From assembly GCA_963699545.1 (NCBI GenBank), contig CAVOUE010000003.1:384001-448000 (forward strand): a stretch of 64,000 nt of DNA. Direction: 5' to 3'. The position numbers and the translations under genes are program-made. The notes below the pieces were generated by a model. The model worked only from the letters and a program-made list of their open reading frames with translations. It had not been told where the DNA came from and ran no database searches. This document shows positions 1 through 9,527 of the stretch, one piece after another. Numbering within the stretch: position 1 is the first letter of the stretch; each line of letters starts with the position of its first letter. The stretch is from Nitrospirota bacterium. Its GTDB lineage: Bacteria > Nitrospirota > Thermodesulfovibrionia > Thermodesulfovibrionales > UBA9159.

Positions 1-1
1 T

Positions 2-223
2 GCCGGAGGTTATGAGGTAACATGGATAGATTCCATAGTGATAGCTGAGAAACCAAGACTTGCGCCATACATAGAGTCAATGAAAGCGGCAATCGGAGAG
101 GCGTCCATCCCTCCGGGAATCGTCAGCATCAAGGCAAAGACGGAGGAAGGCATGGGGTTTGTGGGCCGTGAAGAAGGGATGGCGGCGCATGCGGTCTGCC
201 TGTTGAGGAAGAAAAGGCTCTGA
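2..223 (+). CDS. ispF: 2-C-methyl-D-erythritol 2,4-cyclodiphosphate synthase, C-terminal part (truncated by window edge)
   Basis: IDSIVIAEKPRLAPY...VSIKAKTEEGMGFVGREEGMAAHAVCLL matches the IspF C-terminus. Confidence 0.9.
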   Translation, partial: AGGYEVTWIDSIVIAEKPRLAPYIESMKAAIGEASIPPGIVSIKAKTEEGMGFVGREEGMAAHAVCLLRKKRL

Positions 224-448
224 TCCCACAGTACTATGTTTGTAATTGAGCCGATAACCCTTTCGGAGAAATTCAAAACAGGCGCTCTCTCCTCTTGTTA
301 CGTGACTGCAACGAACTTCCTCCAGGCTGCACTCAGGGCTGCTTAACCGAACTCCAGTGAAATTTTTCCTCAGTGGTCGCCGGTTGCATATGACCCGGAC
401 GGTGTAAAATCTGCTAACGTGTACGGTAATATATATAAGGATCATTGT

Positions 449-2326
449 ATGATTACTGATTCTCACTACGACGTGATTGTGATTGGGGCAGGCCACGCAG
501 GGTGTGAAGCTGCCCTTGCAGCCGCACGAATGGGTATGGCGACCTGCATGTTCACCATGAACCTCGATACCATTGCCCAGATGTCCTGCAATCCTGCCAT
601 CGGAGGTCTCGCAAAAGGCCATCTGGTAAGGGAGATAGATGCCCTCGGTGGAGAGATGGCAAAAAATACCGACAGGGCAGGGATTCAGTTCAGAATGCTC
701 AACAGGTCAAAGGGACCTGCGGTGTGGTCCCTGAGGGCACAGGCAGACCGGGTACTTTACAGGCTTTCCATGAGAAGGGTGCTGGAATCCCGGAAGGACC
801 TTTCCATAAAGCAGGCACTCATCGAGAAGGTCATAGTCGAAGATCGAGAGGTTAAAGGTGTTTCCACGTCCCTGGGCATCTTTTATGGGGCAAAGGCGGT
901 CATCGTGACGACCGGGACCTTCCTCAAAGGATTAATCCACATAGGCCTTGACAGTTATCCCTCCGGGAGGGCAGGAGAGTTCCCGTCGGTGGGGCTTTCC
1001 GATTCCCTGAGAGAGCTGGGGCTCAGGATAGGCCGGCTCAAGACAGGAACGCCTCCAAGGCTCGATGCAAACACCATCGATTTTTCAAGAACGACACCCC
1101 AGTTCGGTGATGATCCGCCGCTTCCTTTTTCGTACAGCACCGCACGGATCACCAATCCGCAACTGCCCTGCTATATCACCTACACGAACAATGAAACCCA
1201 CAGGATAATCCGTGAAAACCTCGACCGTTCCCCCCTTTACAGCGGCAGGATAAAATCCATTGGTCCCCGATACTGTCCCTCGGTAGAGGACAAAGTGGTG
1301 AGATTCTCTGAACGGGAAAGGCATCAGGTATTCCTGGAGCCTGAAGGCCTGGAAACGAAGGAGTACTATGCAAACGGCATATCCACGAGTCTTCCCTATG
1401 ACGTGCAGGTGAGGCTTGTGAGGTCTATCCCGGGGCTTGAGGAGGCCGAGATAATGCGACCTGCCTATGCGATCGAGTATGACTTTGTCTATCCAACGCA
1501 GCTGAAGCACAGCCTCGACACAAAAGCGGTGAAAGGGTTATTTCTTGCCGGGCAGATCAACGGTACATCAGGCTATGAGGAGGCTGCAGCGCAGGGTTTG
1601 ATGGCGGGCATAAACGCAACCCTGCACATAAAAGGGGAGGAACCGTTGGTCCTCGGAAGGCACGAAGCATATACCGGTGTTCTGATCGATGACCTGGTCA
1701 CCAAGGGCACGAACGAACCATACCGGATGTTTACCTCTCGGGCTGAGTATAGGCTTCTCCTGCGTCACGACAATGCTGATTCGCGATTAATGGAGGAGGG
1801 ATACCGCATCGGCCTGCTCGATGAATCATCATACAGGAGATTCTGCGAAAAAAAGGAACTCATGGAAAGGGAGGCATTGAGGCTGAAGGGCACGAGGCTG
1901 AAGCCTTCCATGATAAACGAGGCGCTGGTTGTTCTCAATACGGCCCCTGTAAAAGAAGATGCCGCGCTGGAACAACTTCTGAAGCGGCCTGAGATCGGCT
2001 ATGATTTCATAAACAGATTTTCTCCTCCGGAAGAACCGTTATCAGAGGATGTCTGCAGGGAGATCGAGATCCGGATCAAGTACGATGGCTATATCCGCAG
2101 GCAGATGGAGACGGCGCAGAAGCTCAAGAGGATGGATGAAAAAATGATACCCGAGGGCATTAACTATTCCTCTATCAGCGGGCTTTCAAAGGAGATCGTC
2201 TTGAAGCTGGAGGAGGTGAGACCGGCGAATATCGGTCAGGCAGGCAGGATCCCGGGGGTTACGCCGGCGGCTATTTCCCTGCTCCTGATAGCGATAGAGA
2301 AGGGCAGAAGGGCAAGAAAACCCTGA
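449..2326 (+). CDS. mnmG: tRNA uridine-5-carboxymethylaminomethyl(34) synthesis enzyme MnmG (GidA)
   Basis: GAGHAGCEAA, MSCNPAIGG, RLKTGTPPR, GPRYCPS and AGQINGTSGYEEAAAQG motifs; ATG at 449 follows AAGGA. Confidence 0.98.
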   Translation: MITDSHYDVIVIGAGHAGCEAALAAARMGMATCMFTMNLDTIAQMSCNPAIGGLAKGHLVREIDALGGEMAKNTDRAGIQFRMLNRSKGPAVWSLRAQADRVLYRLSMRRVLESRKDLSIKQALIEKVIVEDREVKGVSTSLGIFYGAKAVIVTTGTFLKGLIHIGLDSYPSGRAGEFPSVGLSDSLRELGLRIGRLKTGTPPRLDANTIDFSRTTPQFGDDPPLPFSYSTARITNPQLPCYITYTNNETHRIIRENLDRSPLYSGRIKSIGPRYCPSVEDKVVRFSERERHQVFLEPEGLETKEYYANGISTSLPYDVQVRLVRSIPGLEEAEIMRPAYAIEYDFVYPTQLKHSLDTKAVKGLFLAGQINGTSGYEEAAAQGLMAGINATLHIKGEEPLVLGRHEAYTGVLIDDLVTKGTNEPYRMFTSRAEYRLLLRHDNADSRLMEEGYRIGLLDESSYRRFCEKKELMEREALRLKGTRLKPSMINEALVVLNTAPVKEDAALEQLLKRPEIGYDFINRFSPPEEPLSEDVCREIEIRIKYDGYIRRQMETAQKLKRMDEKMIPEGINYSSISGLSKEIVLKLEEVRPANIGQAGRIPGVTPAAISLLLIAIEKGRRARKP

Positions 2327-2560
2327 GAAGCAGACAGCAGACAATGTGATCAAATAGTATAATAAATGCGCAGGCCAGAAAGTCTCAGAATTTTTCTAAT
2401 CGACATGATGGTAATATGGCATACCTTTATCTATTTAATATCGAGGTCTTTCCAGGATCTTCCCTCAGGCTTTTCTCACAAGGTGTCGTACAAAAATTCT
2501 TCTCCTTCCTGGCTTGCGCATATTCTGATGCTGTCTGCCCCCACCTAGGCGAGTAAGCGA

Positions 2561-3348
2561 ATGCGCTCTGCAACATCGTCTCCTGAATCGCTTCTCAAAC
2601 TGGGACTGAAAGAGCTATCCCTGCCCTACGGTCAGGAGCAGGTCAGGGCGTTCATGACCTACCTCTCCGAGCTGAAGAAGTGGAACAAGGCATACAATCT
2701 CACCTCATTAAAGACGGATGAAGATATTGTCATAAAGCATTTCCTGGACTCGTTGCTCTATCTCAAAGCGATACCCCCCGGTGAAGTGAGCCTGGCGGAT
2801 GTGGGAAGCGGTGCCGGTTTCCCGGGGATTCCCATAAAGATCATCAGACCGAGATCTCGGTGTATCTTGTGGAACCGTCGAGGAAAAAGGCGGGCTTTCT
2901 GCGCCATATTATCGGCATCCTCGGACTTCAAGGGATCGAGGTCGTGGAGAGAAGGATAGAGGAGATCAAATCCCTGAAGGTCGACATTGCGGTGACGAGG
3001 GCCCTCTTTGACATCAGGGATTTTTGCAGGAAGGCCATCCCCCTCGTAAAGGAAGGAGGATGGCTTATGGTGAGCAAAGGGCCAAAGGTGAATGAAGAGC
3101 TGAAGGTCATGAAAGACATGGATTATGAGGTTATGGCCTTACCCCTGCCCCTTTCAACGATAACGCGTTTTATCGTTGTTGTCGCCAGGGGCGGTCTGGG
3201 GGAAGGGACGGCGGAGAAACTTCATTCAGCGACGTGCAACGATGCACGATCAAAGGACACCGGTATCTGCATGAACGCAGAATGCCGGTTGAGAAAAGCT
3301 GGGTGTAAAGGGTTTGAAGGGTGTCCCGGGTTCAAGGCAAGGGCTTGA
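2561..3348 (+). CDS. rsmG: 16S rRNA m7G527 methyltransferase RsmG (GidB); frameshift near 2860; Cys-rich C-terminal tail
   Basis: WNKAYNLT, HFLDSL and DVGSGAGFPG in ORF 2561-2959; LVEPSRKKAGFL...VTRA in ORF 2860-3348; follows mnmG. Confidence 0.92.
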
Positions 3349-3361
3349 AGATCACCCGTTA

Positions 3362-3377
3362 TGTTCCACGTGGAACA
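3362..3377. promoter_or_regulatory. parS centromere-like site
   Basis: Perfect palindrome TGTTCCACGTGGAACA upstream of parAB. Confidence 0.93.
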
Positions 3378-3531
3378 TCTCTTGTTCTAAGATTTTCATA
3401 GCATTTCATATATTTATTGCTCATCTGCTGACGTAACGAGAGTTCTGCCGCACAAGCCACGGACGATCGACGATCCTTGACTTTACAGGAGTACTCGATA
3501 GAATGAGATATCATCAAGAATTCAGGAGGTA

Positions 3532-3936
3532 TTGGACATGACAAGGGGCAAGAAAGTGAAACAGCTGAGTTTCACCCTGCCGACAAGGGCCGGACTGCTT
3601 TCGGATGTGACCGGTGCCCTTGCGAAGGCAAAGGTGAACATCACGGCCATATGCGCCTATGAGATGGCAGGCAACGCTTATTTCATGCTCACCACGGACA
3701 GCGTGGCTAAAGCCGGGAAGTGCCTTGCTTTCTTAAGGATCGGGCTCGAAGAGGAGGGCGTGGTCGTGGTGGAAATGCCGAACAAGGCAGGGGAGTTGCA
3801 GAAGGTGGCGAAAAGGATCGCGGATGCAGGGATCAATATCGACTATATGTATGGAACTGCGGCGACGGGAAGATCCTCAACATGTGTCTTCAAGACATCA
3901 GACGATACGAAGGCGATCAGGGTCATTAACAAATAA
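3532..3936 (+). CDS. Tandem ACT-domain protein
   Basis: Two ACT-like repeats (RAGLLSDVTGALAKAKVNI; NKAGELQKVAKRIADAGINIDYMY). Confidence 0.85.
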   Translation: MDMTRGKKVKQLSFTLPTRAGLLSDVTGALAKAKVNITAICAYEMAGNAYFMLTTDSVAKAGKCLAFLRIGLEEEGVVVVEMPNKAGELQKVAKRIADAGINIDYMYGTAATGRSSTCVFKTSDDTKAIRVINK

Positions 3937-4314
3937 GACAGAAGAATTTCCCGGGAACAGGCCACCAAGAAGATTCACGGCTCACCGCACCTGCCGGCTG
4001 TGGAGCCTCCGACGCTGCGGTCCGCGGTGCGAGCAGATCGGCTACCTGTTCCATGCCCTTGCCCCGAAGCCTTCGGCTCAGTTACACTATCATACTACGA
4101 TGAGCATCAGATCCAACGCAGGAAACGCAGTCTGTTTTCATCTCGAAAAGAGGGTGATCGAGAGGATAAGCAAAGGGATTCCCATGGATAGAAGGCCTGA
4201 CCTCGTTATCTGGGTTTGCCATTTTCCTCTTGCCTCGCTGTCCGGTATTCAGTGCCCTGTGCTGAGCGCTGACTCCTCCTGCCCCCACAACGGTCCTTTC
4301 TGCATTAATTGAAT

Positions 4315-4330
4315 TGTTCCACGTGGAACA
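4315..4330. promoter_or_regulatory. parS centromere-like site (second copy)
   Basis: TGTTCCACGTGGAACA, identical to 3362-3377. Confidence 0.93.
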
Positions 4331-4636
4331 ATAAAGACATGCAAAGTGCTTAGACATTTTGTTCACGAGGCTCCTTACTTACAGGAGAGGTATCCGTCTC
4401 TCGGCAAGACAATAGCCCTTCTCGACTGTGCTGGAGTCTGTCATCTAAGAACAGTATATTTCTCATGTATTGTTAAGGTCCGCTCTTGCGGACCGACACA
4501 TAACCCGGGGTCTTGCCATTCAAGCCGGATACATCTCCCGAGTTCATGAATTATCAGCTATATGCACTATGCTCTTTGCTCTTAGCCCTGGAGGTCGCCT
4601 TGCCCTGGCACTGTGAACTCTGTTAGAATTACCGCA

Positions 4637-5416
4637 ATGGCCACTGTCATAGCCATCGTAAACCAGAAAGGCGGGGTGGGAAAGACCACCACCGCTATTA
4701 ATCTTGGGGCTTGCCTTGCGCTTGCTGAGAAGGATATCCTCCTTATAGATACGGACCCGCAGGGCAATTCGACCAGCGGGCTCGGCATAAGACGCGATGA
4801 TATAAGGAAAAGCCTGTATGATGCCTATGCAGGCAGGTGCGCCCCTGACGAAGCGGTCATGCCCAGTGAGATGCAGCATCTGGATATTATCCCTTCCACT
4901 GTGGATCTTCTCGGTGTTGAGGTAGAACTGGTGGGAAAAGAGGGGAGGGAAGGTGTGCTCTCCCAGATTATAACTGACTTAAAAAAAGAGTATAAATACA
5001 TACTTATCGATTGTCCTCCCTCTTTGGGCCTGCTCTCCCTGAACGCTCTTGTCGCTGCCGGTTCGGTGATTGTGCCGGTCCAATGCGAGTACTACGCTCT
5101 GGAGGGGCTCAGCCTTCTCACAAGGACCCTCCACCTCGTGAGGAATTCCTATAATCCTTCCCTTGAGATAAAGGGCATTCTTCTTACGATGTTTGACGCG
5201 AGGAACAGCTTGTCCGGACAGGTTGCCGAGGAGGTGAGAAAGCACTTTGGGGAGAAGGTATTCGACACCGTGATACCACGCAATGTGACCCTTGCAGAGG
5301 CACCAAGCTACGGCAAACCCATAATCTTTTATGACGTCCGCTCCACTGGAGCGCAGAGCTATCTTTCCCTGGCAAAGGAGATCCTGAATGAAAACGGCAT
5401 TGGGCAAGGGGCTTGA
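4637..5416 (+). CDS. parA: Chromosome partitioning ATPase ParA/Soj
   Basis: NQKGGVGKTT, DTDPQGN, IDCPPSLG, PVQCEYYALEG. Confidence 0.97.
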   Translation: MATVIAIVNQKGGVGKTTTAINLGACLALAEKDILLIDTDPQGNSTSGLGIRRDDIRKSLYDAYAGRCAPDEAVMPSEMQHLDIIPSTVDLLGVEVELVGKEGREGVLSQIITDLKKEYKYILIDCPPSLGLLSLNALVAAGSVIVPVQCEYYALEGLSLLTRTLHLVRNSYNPSLEIKGILLTMFDARNSLSGQVAEEVRKHFGEKVFDTVIPRNVTLAEAPSYGKPIIFYDVRSTGAQSYLSLAKEILNENGIGQGA

Positions 5417-6224
5417 ATCCCTCCTCCCTGATAAGACCCAGGAAATAATCAACATAGACATCACCCGCATAATCCCGGGGAACCAGCAGCCAAGGAAGGT
5501 CTTTAAGGACACTGCCCTGCAGGACCTGGCTGCCTCCATAAAGGAAAGGGGAGTCCTGCAGCCCATCATCGTTTCGCGCACGGGGGACGGCACGTTCAGG
5601 CTTATCGCGGGGGAGAGGAGATGGAGGGCCTCATCGCTGGCGGGGCTCAAGAAGATACCTGCCATGGTGAAAGATGTTGCCTCTGCTGATTCCCTCGAGA
5701 TAGCGCTGATCGAGAACATTCAGCGGGAGGACCTTAATCCTGTGGAGACGGCGGAGGCCTTTCACCGCCTGATGAAGGACTTCAGTCTCACGCAGGAGGA
5801 GCTTTCCGCAAAGGTCGGGAAGGACCGGGCGACCGTAGCAAATTACCTTCGCCTCCTGAAGCTCCCCGACGAGATAAAGAGATTTGTCAATGACGGTTCA
5901 CTAAGCATGGGTCATGCCCGTGCCCTTCTCTCCGTTGAAGGGAGGACCAACCAGCTGGAGGCAGCGAGAAGGATAATCCATAAAGGTATGAGCGTCAGGG
6001 GGACCGAGACCCTGGCGAAGAAATGGAGCACCGGGGCAAAGAAGAAGATAGTTCACCACAAGAAGGACCCGCAGATAGAATCCCTTCAGGAGAAGCTTAT
6101 TCGCAGCCTCGGCACCAAGGTCCGCATTCACCATAAAGGGAAGAAGGGGAAGATAGAGATCGAATACTATTCCCTGGATGAACTGGAAAGGCTTCTGGAT
6201 ATATTGATGGGTGAGGGAAGTTAG
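5388..6224 (+). CDS. parB: Chromosome partitioning protein ParB/Spo0J
   Basis: ALGKGLESLL, QPRK, IAGERRWRA, ENIQREDLNPVE. Confidence 0.97.
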   Translation: MKTALGKGLESLLPDKTQEIINIDITRIIPGNQQPRKVFKDTALQDLAASIKERGVLQPIIVSRTGDGTFRLIAGERRWRASSLAGLKKIPAMVKDVASADSLEIALIENIQREDLNPVETAEAFHRLMKDFSLTQEELSAKVGKDRATVANYLRLLKLPDEIKRFVNDGSLSMGHARALLSVEGRTNQLEAARRIIHKGMSVRGTETLAKKWSTGAKKKIVHHKKDPQIESLQEKLIRSLGTKVRIHHKGKKGKIEIEYYSLDELERLLDILMGEGS

Positions 6225-6270
6225 GAGCAAGAAGCGGACTTCCGCACCGCGTCTGTCACTCGAGAATACA

Positions 6271-6495
6271 ATGAGGAAGCGATCCGGACTTTCAACCGTC
6301 GACAAGATAAACATCGTCTGTGTGGTTATCGGAGTCCTGATTGGGCTCTTGTGGGGGATCCCTTTTAGCCAATGGCTCTTCCCCGGCTCTCTGTGGGCTG
6401 CGGTCGTTGTGGTGTTGTGGTGCGGAGGGTTCGGCTACCTTATGGGGTACTTCGTAAATCTCATTTTTGTGTCCCGCAAGTTTCGCGACAGGTGA
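6271..6495 (+). CDS. Small two-TM membrane protein, unknown function
   Basis: Two hydrophobic stretches; lies directly after parB. Confidence 0.55.
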   Translation: MRKRSGLSTVDKINIVCVVIGVLIGLLWGIPFSQWLFPGSLWAAVVVVLWCGGFGYLMGYFVNLIFVSRKFRDR

Positions 6496-6513
6496 GAAAG
6501 GAGATTCTCAGGA

Positions 6514-7920
6514 CTACTTCCCGATACAGAACTCGCTGAATATCCTGTTCAGGATGTCTTCAGTTGTGACCGAACCGACGATCTCACCCAGTCTATCCAG
6601 CGCATCACGCATTTCCACTGCCACGATCTCGAGGGGCATTTTGGTGCTCAAGGCACCGGCTCCCCTATTCAACGCATCAACGGCGCTGTCAATAGCCATC
6701 TTGTGTCTGATGTTGGTGACGATAACTCCCGGACTTTCATCGAAAGGACTTCCCGGTTGTGGTTTCCCGGTTCTTGTCATGGCCAGGCGCAAGACCTTAT
6801 CTTTGAGGGAATCCAGTCCTGATCCGGTCTTCGCGGATATGTTCGCCGCATCTCCGGCATAGGCCCTCAGGGCGGTTTCGAGGTAGGGTTGAGCAGCCGG
6901 CAGATCCGATTTGTTTATCGCAACAATGGCTTTCTTGTCCGTGACCTTTTCAAGCACCGCCTTGTCTTCAGCATTCATGGGAACGCTCCCATCGAGCACC
7001 GCTATCACCACATCAGCATCATCCATTGCCCGGAGGCTTCGCACTACACCTTCCTTTTCAGCCATCTCATGGGCCTCTCGAATCCCCGCCGTATCCATGA
7101 TCCTCACCGGCAACCCCTGAATGTTGAGATACTCCTCGATCACATCTCTCGTAGTGCCGGCGGTCTCGGTCACAATGGCCCTGTCCCTGTTCAGGAGAGC
7201 GTTGAGAAGGGAAGACTTTCCGACATTCGGCCTTCCGACAATCGCTACTTTGAGCCCCTCCCTGAAGAAGCGGCCCTCCTCAAAGCTCTTCGAAAGTTCA
7301 ACAAGACCGTCCCTGATGTCCTGGATCTCGCCCAAGATACGGTCCAGCGAGGCGGGCGCAATCTCTTCTTCCGGAAAATCTATGTATGCTTCCACGTGCG
7401 CGCACACGGATGTCATCCTGTCCCTTAATCCAGTGATCTTTTCGGAAAGACCTCCTGAGAGCTGCTCCAGTGCGATCTTCGCTGCTTCTCCCGTTTTTGC
7501 GGTGATAAGGTCCATGACCGCCTCTGCCTGTGACAGGTCAATCCTGCCGTTCAGGAAGGCCCTTTTCGTGAACTCTCCCGGTTCAGCCAGCCTTGCTCCA
7601 TGCTGCAGCACGAGTTCAAGTACCTTTCGCACGGCAAGGGTGCCGCCATGGCAGTTTATCTCCACGACATCTTCCTTCGTGTAACTGTTCGGGGCCTTCA
7701 TAACGGACACGAGCACTTCGTCGATGGTTGTTCCGGCTGAAGGGTTCTTTATGAAGCCGTAGGTAAGGGTATGGGATTCCGATTCCTGGAGTCTTTTCCC
7801 TTTTGGAGATGAGAAGAGTTTCTCTGCGATCGGCAGGGTGTCTTTCCCGCTCAGCCGCACAATGCCGATTCCTCCCTCGCCGAGGGGAGTGGATATGGCT
7901 GCTATGGTGTCATCGAGCAT
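6514..7920 (-). CDS. mnmE: tRNA modification GTPase MnmE (TrmE)
   Basis: DTIAAISTP, GRPNVGKSS, GTTRD, DTAG, NKSD, C-terminal FCIGK. Confidence 0.98.
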   Translation of the reverse strand: MLDDTIAAISTPLGEGGIGIVRLSGKDTLPIAEKLFSSPKGKRLQESESHTLTYGFIKNPSAGTTIDEVLVSVMKAPNSYTKEDVVEINCHGGTLAVRKVLELVLQHGARLAEPGEFTKRAFLNGRIDLSQAEAVMDLITAKTGEAAKIALEQLSGGLSEKITGLRDRMTSVCAHVEAYIDFPEEEIAPASLDRILGEIQDIRDGLVELSKSFEEGRFFREGLKVAIVGRPNVGKSSLLNALLNRDRAIVTETAGTTRDVIEEYLNIQGLPVRIMDTAGIREAHEMAEKEGVVRSLRAMDDADVVIAVLDGSVPMNAEDKAVLEKVTDKKAIVAINKSDLPAAQPYLETALRAYAGDAANISAKTGSGLDSLKDKVLRLAMTRTGKPQPGSPFDESPGVIVTNIRHKMAIDSAVDALNRGAGALSTKMPLEIVAVEMRDALDRLGEIVGSVTTEDILNRIFSEFCIGK

Positions 7921-8026
7921 GCTGTATTATACCCAACAACGACAATCCCTTGACATAGGCCAGGAACATTGCTATCTTAAAGACATCTTATAGATAGCGA
8001 GGCTGGTTTGATAGGAGAAGAGGAAA

Positions 8027-8284
8027 ATGAAGACAATACCAAAATTCAAATCAGAAAAGGATGAGGCTGACTTCTGGGCGTCCCATGACAGCACAGACTT
8101 CCTCGGTAAAACTAAAGAGGTGAAGGTTAAGTTTGTACGGCCCAAAAAGAAACTGGTCTCGCTCAGACTTGATGAAAAGACCATTAAGGAACTGAAGAAG
8201 TTCGCGCAGAAGAAAGGCATTGGCTATCTCGAACTGGTGAGAATGTGGGTCCTCGAAAATCTCGAGAAGACAAAGGCCGCGTGA
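8027..8284 (+). CDS. CopG/BrnA-like antitoxin with no adjacent cognate toxin
   Basis: IPKFKSEKDEADFWASHD...VSLRL...GIGYLELVRMWV. Confidence 0.8.
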   Translation: MKTIPKFKSEKDEADFWASHDSTDFLGKTKEVKVKFVRPKKKLVSLRLDEKTIKELKKFAQKKGIGYLELVRMWVLENLEKTKAA

Positions 8285-8416
8285 TCCACATAGGCGTGAT
8301 TTTAGATGCTTTTTTGCCGGATCTCTTTTTGAATATGATATGTTGATAACGAAAACGGGGAAATCCGGAGGGCCGTATATTAATTGTTTGGCAGCTAAAG
8401 TAAGAAAGGAGATGCC

Positions 8417-8747
8417 ATGGCTATCCCAAATGATGAGATAATAAAAAAGGAGCTTCTTGATCTTCTTGCTCATACGCCTGGTGGCAGACTTCCTGTCCAT
8501 AAGATTTATGATGAACTTGCGAAATTACATCCAGAGTTGACCCGTCAAGAGTTAAACGATCCTTATCGTCATTCAAAAAGCATGTGGGCCAATAGGGTCC
8601 AGTTTGCAAGGCTTCACGGAAGAGACACGAGTAGACCCAGAGAATGACATGACTGTCCTTTGTTCAAATTGCCACAGAATGATTCACCGGAGGAAAAACA
8701 AACCTCTATCCCTCAACGAGTTGCGCATTCTGGTTAATATGCGCTGA
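8417..8747 (+). pseudogene. Internally deleted Mrr-N winged-helix / McrA-like HNH restriction endonuclease
   Basis: ORF 8417-8647 resembles Mrr N-terminal wHTH (MAIP...WANRVQFAR). A different frame at 8613-8747 reads FTEETRVDPENDMTVLCSNCHRMIHRRKNKPLSLNELR*, an HNH C-terminus. Confidence 0.7.
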
Positions 8748-8790
8748 AATATGCCAATAAGGATCCAATCAGGGACAACACATCTTCTTA

Positions 8791-9192
8791 TTACACAAAC
8801 AAGGCTTCAAAATCCCTTGGAGTTACGATCTTAATGCCCTTATAGCTCTTTATCTCCAGCAGATCAGAGTCTCCTGTCACAAGATAATCCGCCTTTGCCG
8901 CCACGGCGCAGGCAATAATATTGTCATCATCAGCATCCCGGCAAATGTCCGTGATTTTGAGGTTATGCTCAATGACTTGACTAATCGCTTCACTTATGGG
9001 TTCCATCGCCAAAGCTAATTCTTCATGCGAGAGCCGGAATTTCTTCGAGAGGATGCGCCTAAGTTCCTTCATGATAAACGGGCATGAAACGAGTGAGAAT
9101 TCGCCCATGCGCGCCCTGTGCAATAGTTTCGAGCAAATCCCTTCAGTGATAATTGCCGCAATCAGCACATTCGTATCAAATACGGCAATCAT
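8791..9192 (-). CDS. PIN-domain toxin (VapC-like)
   Basis: VFDTNVLI, CRDADDDNII, YLVTGDSDLL. Confidence 0.9.
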   Translation of the reverse strand: MIAVFDTNVLIAAIITEGICSKLLHRARMGEFSLVSCPFIMKELRRILSKKFRLSHEELALAMEPISEAISQVIEHNLKITDICRDADDDNIIACAVAAKADYLVTGDSDLLEIKSYKGIKIVTPRDFEALFV

Positions 9193-9407
9193 GATATCGC
9201 TTTGAACACATCTTCCTCACTGACTATGCCAAGCTTCTTTGCCTTTGGGCCGAGTTTTTTCTGCACTGCCTTGAGTTTCATTTCCCACAGGAACAGACTC
9301 AGGGATTCCTTTACGATATCACTCTTGTTGCGCCCGGTACTCCTGGCAAACCTGTCAAGTTCCTCGGACATGTTTTCCGGCAGGCTGACGGATAAAACTG
9401 TTCTCAT
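9189..9407 (-). CDS. Ribbon-helix-helix (CopG) antitoxin
   Basis: VLSVSLPE...GRNKSDIVKESL; 4-nt overlap with PIN gene. Confidence 0.88.
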   Translation of the reverse strand: MRTVLSVSLPENMSEELDRFARSTGRNKSDIVKESLSLFLWEMKLKAVQKKLGPKAKKLGIVSEEDVFKAIS

Positions 9408-9527
9408 AATGCACCTCCTGTATTACAATACACTACAATAATAAAAAGTGCAATTTTGCCCTTGTTCCTCTACATTTGTCGGAAGTTGGCCCAGGTCACA
9501 AAGGGCGTGACACTTATTCCACTGACT

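Noticed and set aside
3940-4610. Several short ORFs or a possible oriC between the ACT gene and parA
   Set aside because: No recognisable domains and no DnaA-box cluster; only the parS site is supported.
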